Source of the DNA: Mobula birostris
Taxonomy: Eukaryota
DNA: 64,000 nucleotides
NCBI RefSeq assembly: GCF_030028105.1
Contig: NC_092382.1
Span: 99,898,699-99,962,698, forward strand
Direction: 5' to 3'
Shown here: piece after piece, positions 11,798-22,332 of the stretch
Layout of the letters: every line of letters begins with the position of its first letter
Position numbering within the stretch: the stretch's first letter is position 1
Made by a program: the position numbers and the translations under genes
The notes under the pieces: generated by a model
What the model was told of the DNA's origin: nothing
What the model saw: only the letters and a program-made list of their open reading frames with translations
Database searches by the model: none

Positions 11798-12173
11798 GAT
11801 AGATGTGTTTAAGATAGTGAGGGGGATAGATAGAGTTGACGTGGATAGGCTTTTTTTCCATTAAGAGTGGGGGAGATTCAAACAAGAGGACATGAGTTGA
11901 GAGTTAAAGGCCAGAAGTTTAGGGGTAACATGAGGGGGAACAACTTCACTCTGAGAGTGGTAGCCGTGTGGAACGAGCTTCCAGCAGAAGTGGCTAGTCA
12001 GGTTGGACGTTGTCGTTTCAAGTTAAATTGGAGAGCTAATTGGACAGGAAGGGAAAGGAGGGTTATGAGCTGAGTGCACGTCGGTGGGACTAGGTGAGAG
12101 AAAGAATTCGTGACGGACTAGAAGGTCCGAGATGGCCTGTTTCCTTGCTGTAATGGTTATATGGTTATATGTT
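11798..12173 (+). mobile_element. CR1 LINE 3' end fragment
   Basis: RGHELRVKGQKFRGNMRGNNFTLRVVAVWNELP; (TGGTTATA)n-type tail. Confidence 0.85.
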
Positions 12174-12519
12174 CGGTCTGAGACGATCGGAACCTTTCAG
12201 TGCGCCGATAACGTTCAGTCCCCAAGATCAATTTCAGGCTCGTAATTTTCTTTGTCAATTGGTGGAAACACAGAATGCGAGGAGTGCCGGACGGTTCAGG
12301 AACAGAGGAAGCAAAGGGCATAAGGGTTTGACAAGCACACCGTGAACGGTGGGGACTGTCGAGGCACAGAGGGGACTCGGTGCACGAAGATCAGGGAGTG
12401 CCGGATAATGGGGATTGTTATGAGACGTGGAGGGATAGGATAACAAGGATAGGATACACACCGCGAATATGAAGTTTCGCCCAATACAATCGAGCTGTGT
12501 CTGAAAGCTCAGTTTGCCT

Positions 12520-12533
12520 CCACTAGGGGGCAC
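12520..12533 (+). promoter_or_regulatory. CTCF consensus motif
   Basis: CCACTAGGGGGCAC. Confidence 0.65.
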
Positions 12534-13121
12534 AAAATCTCTGTGGTAAAATTTATGCTGGATATTTCTGGGATATTTAAAGGGACGTATTATTTCTGTA
12601 AAGGTGAATGTTCCCTTGCTCCCTTAACTAGTGCTAAGAACCAGAGATCTAGGTTCAGGCAGGGACAGAAAGAGAGAGATTGGATGCTAAAGACTGCTCT
12701 ATGCAGGCAGCAAGGTATTTCATAAGGTTCATCGTATGACACTCATTATGAGTCTCTTGGCTTCAGCGGGAGGGAGGTGAAGTCTGGCCCGTCTCCTTAC
12801 AGCTGTTGTGTAGCTTTCCGAAATTACGAAGACTTGGGAGCTGAAATAAATCGGACACAGTGAGATAAGCGGGGGAGATGAAGAAAGAGATAAGGAGGGA
12901 CGAGGAGAGCGTCAGAAAGGGAGAGTGTTGTCTGGGGAACTTGGTAGCAGCGAGGAACCACACCCCTCGAATCGTGTTGGAGCAGATAAGGGGCGCGGCC
13001 AATCGATACTTCCGCAAACCCACCTACGTCACAGATGTAATAACAAAGGGGGTTGAAGTGAATCGATTATTTCTCTGCTGCACGCACTAACATGACTGAG
13101 AGAATAAATCCTCCAAGAAGG

Positions 13122-13806
13122 ATGTTTCTGTTTCTGCACTTCATTCTCGCCTTGCCCTGTGAGTGAAATTTGACAAATACATATTTTTTATTTCTCTGAT
13201 TCTGCCCTCCTTTTCACATTCCCGTCACTTGTCGTCTTGGACTCATTAGTTATTTAGTTACGAGCCGTCGCGTCCGCGCACGATCTGCCCTCAGTCGCAG
13301 CCCCTAAATTCCGATCTCCTCTGGAGCTTTCCCGACTTCAGTACTCCTCTCTGCTTCTGTCAGTGCACCCTCTTTCTCCCCTTTCCCAGTGACCAGTGTC
13401 TCCGTTTTCGTTCACCCCGTTCTGCCTCCACCGTCTCTTATTTCCTCATTGATCCGCGTCTCCGCTTCCTTTCTGCCCGTTCAGCCAAGCCCGACTCTTG
13501 TTTCCAGACGCGACCTCGGTGACGATCCACCAGACGCCGGATTTCTCCGGAACTACCGGCCAGAAGGTGACCCTGAGTTGTAAGATAGAGGGTAGCACCA
13601 GTGCTAGTAATTGGTTGTACTGGTACCGACAATACCCGGGAAGGGGTCCGGAGAACATGTTTTACTCGATGATCGCTAAATTCGTGCAGCCAAAGGCAAT
13701 GGTCGGCGGTTTTATGGCGGAGAGACCGCAGACAAACGAGTTCCTCTTGAAGTCCGACAAACTGGAGGCAAATTCGTCGGCCGTTAATTTCTGCGCCTGG
13801 AGTATT
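13122..13806 (+). CDS. TCR V segment V5 (close paralog of V4); leader 13122-13158, V exon 13508-13806; open frame, YFC>NFC
   Basis: MFLFLHFILALP/YATSVTIHQTPDFSGTTGQKVTLSCKIEG..LYWYRQ..AVNFCAWS; GT/AG intact; promoter block at 12990-13033. Confidence 0.85.
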
Positions 13807-13845
13807 CACGGCGGCTCAGAGTGACGGGGCAGCCGAACAAAATCT
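13807..13845 (+). other. 23-RSS of V5
   Basis: CACGGCG + 23 nt + ACAAAATCT. Confidence 0.85.
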
Positions 13846-14379
13846 CTCACAGTCAGCAGGGTCGCTGTTAGCAGCTGAACAGGAAATGCGACGTCTGTCA
13901 ATCAGCGCGTGGTGCGGGGAGGGTCTATCAGTCAGGCGCTGCACCCCAGCGACCAATCAGTGAGATAAGGGGCGGAACCATTGGATTTAATGTCCTCCCC
14001 TTATTATACGCTCATATGGGTGAAGATAATCCGCGCACTGATCTCTCCACTCCATTTCTTCCTTTCCATGTGCAGTCCTCCGGCATACCTCCAGTGCCAG
14101 AGGCTGGTAACATTTGAAGGTGACTGGACATCGCTCATCATGTGCCGTCCGCAGAATCAAATTTACCACTCTTTATCCCATTTGTTCATTCGCTGGAGCA
14201 CAGACGTTCGGGACTGTTGAGGAACAGAGGAACCCCGGTGTACAGGGGCAGGACGTAAACGTTTTGAATGGCGGGGAGTGTCGAGGCACAGTGGGTGTAT
14301 AAGGGTATGACTAACGAACCGGCGGTGTTGAGGAGCGCCCAGCGATAAATGATGCACAATACTCTTTGAAGAAGTACAG

Positions 14380-14650
14380 GCTGGAAGGTGATAGAAAACA
14401 TTAGTCGAGCGGACCCATGGGTGGATGGGGCTGTGAGGGTTTCTGTATGAGATGCTGGGAGGAAACAGCTGGAGTAGATAAAGAGAATAAAGAGAACTAA
14501 CCTGAGTCTGGAGAACGGTGGATCATGGGGAAAGGCGGCAGGAGGAGCGGAACCAGAAGGACATGATGGACAGGTGAGATTATAAGAGGTAGGCAGGCAT
14601 CCACAACAGGGAATGGAAAGAATAAGGGGTGGGGAACAAATTAGCAAAAC
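14380..14650. mobile_element. Penelope-like element-derived fragment
   Basis: Purine-rich sequence resembling the PLE-derived inserts at 44.9 and 58.9 kb; approximate limits. Confidence 0.4.
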
Positions 14651-15039
14651 ACAAAGAGATGAGCCGCTAATGTCAGCGAATCAGGAAAGAAGACGCCTGT
14701 AAATCATAGGCTGGGTGGAAAGACTATCAGTAGGGCGGTGCGCCCGAGCGGCGAATCAGAGAAATAAGGGGCGGAGCTATTGCACCCTGGCCTTTAATTT
14801 CCTCCCCTTCTCAATGGTAAAGGTGTCTCCGCACCGATCATCGCACTCTATCTACCCTTGCTTTGTACAATCTTCCAACACATCATCGGTCCGGGAGGAT
14901 CGTAACCTTTGAGGGCGCCAATGATATCCAGCCTCCAAGATCAATCCCCCGCCAGTTATTTCCTTCTACATCCGTGGAAATTCAGAATGCAGGGACTCTC
15001 GGACAGTGGAGAAACAAAGGGACTAGGCTTTATAAGGGT

Positions 15040-15420
15040 GGAACCTAAGGGGAGAGTCGAGGGATCTCGGAGTACAAGGTTAGAACCCACCATCTGATCG
15101 GTGCGGAGTGTCGAGCGAAAGAGGAACCTCGGTGTAGGAGGGTAGGATACACACACTCAAAATGTTGGGGAGTGTCGAGAGACAGAGGACCCAAGGTGTA
15201 CACCGGTCGGACACTCACCGTGAATTGTAGGGAGTATTAAGGGACAGAGAGTTGATTGTGTTCCAGTAGGACAAACACCGTGAATGGTGCCGAGAATCGA
15301 GGGGCAGAGGAACTTCGGAGTACTAGGGAACAGCCGGATATGTTAAAAGTCGTGAGAAATCGGGTAACACACACCGTGGGCGGTAGAACACGCCGTACTT
15401 TGAAGGAACCGCGGGTTATT
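15040..15420. repeat. Degenerate minisatellite of about 60 bp (gggagtgtcgaggcacagagg..ggtgta..caccgtgaat)
   Basis: About 6 degenerate units here; smaller arrays at about 6.56-6.66, 7.72-8.0, 12.3-12.47 and 14.2-14.33 kb. Confidence 0.65.
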
Positions 15421-15712
15421 GATAGACACTTTCAACGATCACTGAATTTGACAGACTTCACAGGATTGGGGAGTAGGTGCCGGATCTGGGGATGCGTGCG
15501 GATTTGTGTGTATCGGCGCAGGTAGGCTTGAGAGACTTCAGTGTGAGAATTGGTGTTGTCCCACTGGACCCCGTCCTCCACATGGTCCTGTTTGTGCACT
15601 CTCGTGCCGATCAGATTATTTCTTCTCCAGCCCCTGACCTTTCCCACCCAACTGGCTCCGTCCGTCATCTCAAAAGGTAGCATGGATTGATGCCGGAATG
15701 GGAATGGTCGCA

Positions 15713-15728
15713 ACACTAGAGGGCGCTA
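15713..15728 (+). promoter_or_regulatory. CTCF-like motif
   Basis: ACACTAGAGGGCGCTA. Confidence 0.55.
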
Positions 15729-16069
15729 GAAGAAGCTGGATCTCACAGGGGTCATCCATTTTAATTCCAGGACGTAATTAATTGACAACTAAACAGGAAG
15801 ATGGAAAATCGGTTAGCAAAAATAGACAAACTGAACAACCTCAAGCAGAGCGAAGGATTAGAAGAATTAAGTAAATACAAAAAATAACAGTGATAACATG
15901 ATTTGTAGAAATCGTGAAATTAGGTCATGGGGTTTGACATAGTTCAGTGTTGAGCTGATTCGGGAGCCCGAACCTTCTTGGATAACTTAACTTTCCTCAG
16001 CACTGAAGAGAACATGATGGCAGTTACATCCCACCTTGCTATGAGGTTATAACGAAGAGCGAGAACTTG

Positions 16070-16108
16070 CACGGCGGCTAAGAGTGACGGAGCAGCTGAA
16101 CAAAAACT
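16070..16108 (+). other. Orphan 23-RSS of the V4/V5 family with no V exon
   Basis: CACGGCG + GCTAAGAGTGACGGAGCAGCTGA (23) + ACAAAAACT; 3' flank homologous to V4/V5 up to about 16.45 kb. Confidence 0.85.
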
Positions 16109-16619
16109 CTCACTGTCAGAAGGGTCGCCGCCGTCAACAAAACATGGAAAGAGACTGATGTCAGTTACAGTGTGGGAGGAGGGTTCCATCAGTCAGTCAG
16201 TGCGCCGAGCGACCAATCAGTGAAAGAAGGGGAGGTGCTATTGCTTTTCAGGTTCTCCCCATAAGCATTGAGATGGGTGAAGATAATCCGCGCACTGCTC
16301 TTCTCGCCTCATTCTTCTTTGTCATGTGCAGTCTTCCAACAGATCTTCTGTACGGGATGGATCGTAACTTCTGGGTGTGTCCGAACAGCGCTCATGATGT
16401 GCAGTCCCCAGGATCAATTCTCCCGCTCCGTATCTTGTTCAGTCACCTCGTCAAAGCACAAGGGACATTCGGGGCAAACTACTGCAGGAGATCAGCAGAC
16501 AAATCTACATCGATGACAAAGAGTACAACCGACCTTTCCTGCCGAAAACCAAAGAACTTTACAGCACAGAAACAAGCCTTTTGGTCCTTCTTCGCTGTGC
16601 CGAATTATTTTTCTGCCTA

Positions 16620-19600
16620 GTCTCACTGACCTGCAGCTGGAACATATCCCTCCATACAACTCTCATCCATGTACCTGTCCAAGTTCTTCTTAAATGTTAA
16701 AAGTGAGCCCGCATTTACCACTTCATCTGGCAGCTCATTCCACACTCCCACCACTCTCTGTCTGAAGAAGCCCCCCTTAATGTTCAGTTTAAACTTTTCC
16801 CCCTTCACCCTTAACCCGTGTCCTCTGTTTTGTTCTTCCCCAGCCTCAATGGAAAAAGCCTGCTTGTATTCACTCTTTCTGCACCCATCATAATTTTATA
16901 TACCTCTATCAAATCTCCCCTCACTCTTCTGTGCTCCAGGGAATAAAGTCCTGACCTATTCAAACTTTCTCTGTAACTGAGTTTCTCAAGTCCCGGCCAT
17001 ATCCTTGTAAACCTTCTCTGCACTCTTTCAACCTTATTAATATCCTTCCTGTAATTTTGTGACCAAAACTGAACACAATACTTCAGATTCGTCCTCACCA
17101 ATGCCTGACACAACCTCATCATAACATTCCAGCTCTTATACTCAATATTTTGATTAATAAAGGCCAATGTACCCAAAGCTCTGTTTACGACCCTATCTTC
17201 CTGTGACGCCACTTTTAGGGAATTTTGTATCTGTATTCCCAGATCCCTCTGTTCTACTGCACTCCTCAGTGCCTTACCATTTACCTTGTATGTTCTACCT
17301 TGGTTTGTCCTCCCAAAGTGCCATACCTCACACTTGTCTGTATTAAACTCAATTTGCCATTTTCAGCCCATTTTTCCAGCCGGTCCAAATCCATCTGCAA
17401 GCTTTGAAAACTTTCCTTACTGTCCACTACACCTCCAACCTTTGTATCATTAGCAAATTTGCTGATCCAATTTACCACATTATCATCCAGATCATTGATA
17501 TAGATGACAGATAACAATGGACCCAGCACTGATCCCTGTGGCACACCACTAGTCACAGGCCTCCACTCTGAGAAACATTCCTCTACTACCACTCGTTGGC
17601 TTTTTCCATTGAGCCAATGTCTAATCGAATTTACCACCTCTCCATGTATAACTAGCGACTGAATTTTCCTAACTAATCTCCCATGCGGTACCTTGCCAAA
17701 GGCCTTACTGAGGTCCATGTCGACAACAGCCACTGACTTCCCTTCATTCACTTTGCTGGTAACCTCCTCGAAAAACTCCAATGGATTGGTCAACCATGAC
17801 CTACAACGCACAAAGCCATGTTGACTCTCCCTAATAAGCCCCTGTCTATCCAAATGCTTGCAGGTCCTGTCTGTTAGCACTTCCTCCAATAACTTACCCA
17901 CTACCGACGTCAAATTTACCGGCCTATAATTTCCCGGAGTAATTTTCCATCTTTTTTAAACAACGGAACAAGATGAGCCATTATCCATCACTCTGGCACC
18001 TCCCGCGTAGACACCGGCATTGAACTATATCTGCCAGGGCCCCTGCAATTTCAACAGTAGTCTCCTTTATCTTCCGAGGGAATACCCTGTCAGGTCCTGG
18101 GAATTTAACCACTTTAATTTGCCTCAAGATAGAAAACACCTCTCCCTTTTCAATCTGTAGAATTTCCATAATCTCACTACTTGTTTCCCTTAATTCCGTA
18201 AACTTCACGCCAGTTTCCTTCGTAAATACACTTGCAAAAAAAAAAAAAAAAAAAAATTAAGATCTCCCCCATTTCTTTTGGTTCCACACGTAGCCGGCCA
18301 CACTGATCTTCAAGAGGACCAATCTTATCCCTTACAATCCCTTTACTCTTGATCTACCTGTCAATGCTCTTTGGATTATCCTTCAGTTTGACTGCCAAGG
18401 CAAACTCATGTCTTCATTTAGCCCTCCTGATTACCTTCTTAAGCATTTTATTGCACTTTTAATACTCCTCAAGCACCTTATTTACTCCCCGTTTCCTATA
18501 CATGTCATTCAACTCTATCCTATTCTTTATCAGAGTTGCAGTATGCCTTGAGAACCAAGGTTCCTTATTCCTATTCATTTTGCCGTTAATGCTGACAGGA
18601 ACATACAAGTTCTGCACTCTCAAAATTTCTCCTTTGAAGGCTTCCCACTGACCGATCACGTCCTTACCAGAGAACAGCCTGTCCCAATCCACGCTTTTTA
18701 GTTCCTTTCCCATTTCTTCAAATTTGGCCTTCTTCCAGTTTAGAACCTCAACCCTAGAACCAGATCTATCTTTATCCATGATCAAGTTGAAACTAATGGT
18801 GTTATTATCACTGGATCCAGAGTGCTCCCCGTCACACACTTCCGTCACTTGTCCTAACTCATTTCCTAATAGGAGATACAACTTTGCATATATAGAGCTA
18901 CCAACATTTCGAGTTGGTAGCTCTATATATTGAATTAGAAAACTTTCCTGAACACATTTTACAAACTCGAACCCATCTAGACCCCTAAAAGTATGGGAGA
19001 CCCAATGAATATATGGAAAATTAAGATCCACTACCACCACAACTTTATGTTCCCTGCTGTTGCCTGCTATCTCTCTGCAGATTTGCTCCTCCAATTCTCG
19101 CTGACTATTGGGTGGTCTATAATACAACCCCACTAATGTGGCCATACCTTTCCTGTTTCTCAGCTCCACCCATAAGGACTCAGTAAACAAGCCCTCTAAT
19201 CTAACCTGCCTGAGCACTGCTGTAACATTTTCCCTGACAAGCAATTGTACCTCCCCGCCCCCACCTCCCCCCACCATCTTTCATTCCTCTGCATCTATCA
19301 CACCTGAGAAATCGGAACTCTGGAATATTCAGCAGCGAGTCCTGCCCCTCCTGTAACCAAGTTTCACTAATTGCTATAACGTCATAATTCCACATGTCAA
19401 TCCACGCCCTCAACTCATCTGCCTTTCCCGCAATACTCCCAGCAATGAAATATATACACCCAGAAGATTTTAACCACCACTCACAACCTTTCTATTTGCG
19501 GCTTTGCTCGAACATTTAACATCATTATTTTCACCCCAGACTAACTGTCAGCTCAATTGTAATCCATCTCTCTTGTACACGTCCCACCTGCCCTAGAAGA

Positions 19601-20600
19601 GGTCCCAATGATCCTGAAATCTGAAACCCTGCCCCCTACACCAGTTTCTCAGCCACTTGTTCATCCTCCAGATCCTCCAGAAACCTGCTAATCTGGAAAC
19701 TCTTCCTGTTTCCGGCCTCCCAAGCACGTGGGGCAGGCGGCAAATCCTGGAGGTTCTGCCTTTGAAATTCGCTCTTAACTCCCGTACTGGCAGTGCAGAA
19801 TAGCTTCACTCATCATAGCCATGTCATTGGAAACTCAATGGACCACTATTTCGAGCTGTTCACACTCCCACTTATGAATGCTGAGGACTCGATCCGAGAT
19901 ATCGCGACAATGTCGCGACAGAACCACCTGTCCGTCCTACTATCGAATATCCTATCACCACATCGTGACTTGCACGCTACAGCCCCCGCAAACACCCTCT
20001 CTACCCCCCCCACACACACAGTCACCTCTCAACGCCCACTTCTGTGTAACAGAGGCAAACTAAGCGCCTGAGACCGAGCACTGTGTCCGACCACTCTCAG
20101 CTGATTCTCCCGCCCCCACCCCGCAAACTCCGCGACGGTATCCAAAATGTTAAAGGAGATGGCCAGCGGGGAAATCTGCCCTGGCCGCTTCAGCCGTTTC
20201 GCCCTCATGACTGTCACACAGTCTCCTGTGCCCCGCGCCCTGGGTGTCACTGCCTCTCTATATGTCTGGTCCGTCACCACTTCAGGCTCTCGAATGATCT
20301 GGAGCTCATCCAGTTCCATCTCCACCTCCTTAACGCGGATTGTCAGAAGCTGAAGCTGAACGCAGCTCTCGCAGCTGTCGTCGTCAGGGTTACTGGAGTT
20401 CTCTATGCCTTCCCAGACTCCGCAAGAGAAGCATTCAACTATCATGCCTGGCTTCTCTTGCCTACTTTGTCTGAAGCCTCCCTGAGCTGACGCCTCGGCG
20501 AACAGAAGCCTGAATATCTCCTGCTTGACGGTCCATTCAGACGATGGCTACTGCATCTGCCCCTGCCAGGCTCTTGCAGATGAACGAGAAACGCCTCCCG
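16620..20600 (-). mobile_element. Near-full-length degenerate CR1 LINE (ORF1 Zn-finger/esterase + ORF2 APE-RT)
   Basis: ORF1 20029-20445 (ECFSCGVWE..CESCVQLQLL); APE 18459-19277 (GLYYRPPNS..VVVDLNFP..SSDNN); RT 17281-17913 (QHGF..GVPQGSVLGPLL..YINDLD..FANDTK); C-terminus 16811-17212; 3' tail near 16.62 kb; many frameshifts. Confidence 0.9.
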
Positions 20601-20778
20601 GTCGCTGGTCAAAGCTGCTTTTCACTGTGAGATCCCGATGTCCTCTTTTGTACCCGTGGTGATTGAAGTCTTGTCCTCCTAAATCACCTGAAGACCCGAT
20701 TGGCCGCTTGTCAAAACTCTTCTTCAGAAAATCATTATTTCGGAAATATCAAACTCGATAGCATTTTCAATCTAGCTA

Positions 20779-21854
20779 CAGTGATATGCAAATGTTCGGG
20801 CACACCTGGTCAACATTTCTGCAACCGTGAATAGTAGAAGTGAGTAGAAGTTGAACTGATCTCACGAAGTCATAAAGTGAAAGATGAAACACTCTTTTCA
20901 ATATTTGAAGCAAGATTAGTATATTTTTGTACCATTTTAGAGTGAACAAAAATGGAAATGACCACCATGCAAAAGTTTGGGCACCCCAAGAACTTTGAGC
21001 ACGTTGGTAACTGTTACCAAGGTCTCAGACCTTAATATGCTTGAGAGGGCGATGGCTTTCTCGCGGCCATCGTCAGGGAAGGCCAGGTGATGCAAATTTG
21101 AAAGCTTTATAAATGCCCACACGCCTCAAACCTTATCCCAACAATCAACAGCCATGGTCTCCTGTGAGCTTTGTGGATGCCCACAAATCAGCAGAAGTCT
21201 AAAAGTGTGACTCGGGGAAGATTTCACTTGTGGAGGGAGGAATGAATTCCATTAAATACCAGCAAATTATGGAAGCAAACATCACACAGTCTGTAAAAAA
21301 AAAGCTGAAGGTGAAAAGAGGATGGCTTCTGCGATGGGATAATGATTATAAACACACCTCAAATTCCACAATAGACGACCTTAAGCGGCGCAAGCTGAAG
21401 ATTTTACCATGGTCCTCATAGTCGCGCGACCTAAACATCATCGAAAAACTGCGGAAAAAACTCCAAAGAGCAGTGCATGTAAGACAGCCCAATGATGTCA
21501 CAGAACTAGAAGACTTTTACAAGGAAGAATGGGCGAAAATCGCAGCAAAAAATAATTGGAAAACTGTTAGCTGCCTACAGAAAGGGTTTACAAGCTGTGT
21601 TACTTCCCAAAGTGGGTGTTGCTAAGTACTAACCATGCAGGGTGCCCAAACGTTTGCTTCGGGCCACTTTCCTTCTTTGTTATTTTCAAACTGTAAAAGA
21701 TGGAAATTATAATGTAATCTTGCTTAGACTATTAAAAAAATGTGTCATCTTTATCTTTTCACCTTTTGGAAATCAGGTCATCTTTTTTCTTGATCAGCGA
21801 TTTACAGTAACAGAAATTTTTTGACCTGAATGACGAAATCTTTGCATGCCACTT
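20779..21854 (+). mobile_element. Internally deleted Tc1/mariner DNA transposon
   Basis: TA|CAGTGATATGCAAATGTTCGGGCAC 5' TIR and 3' TIR remnant; transposase remnant GGMNSIKYQQI..DNDYKHTS..WSS*SRDLNIIE (DD34E region). Confidence 0.85.
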
Positions 21855-22332
21855 CTGCAGCTATAATTGTTAGAACTATCTTTGCAATAATTATTTTTTA
21901 ATCTCTGTATATGTTAATTGTGTTTTTTCTTTATTTACTGCGTGTAGCTTCCTTTACATACCGGTTGTACATCAGTGTCCAGCTGTGTGTCAATAAGTTT
22001 CTCAATCTTGTGTCCATTCGCAGACACGGCACGCATCCGTGGACAGCCGACTGCTGGGAGTATTCGATACACTTCAAGTCTGCTTTTGTATCGCTTCTCT
22101 GACGACCTGCAAATAAAGGGTTAAATACACCCATCATTCCGTCGAACTTAATGCAGGGAGTATCCGTGGGGATTGTCGACGTCACCGCGGAGGTGCGGCT
22201 CTGGTTACCTGGTCTTATAACAGGTCGCCCTCACAACGACAGTTTCAGTGAGAGCCGCCAGTCAACGCTATCAGAGACCAGCGGCTGCAGGCAGAGGCTG
22301 GGTCGCGAACAGATATCTGTCCGATCGCAGCA

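Noticed and set aside
12336-15385. CACGGTG heptamer-like words (minus strand) in the minisatellite
   Set aside because: No nonamer at 12 or 23 spacing in the copies checked
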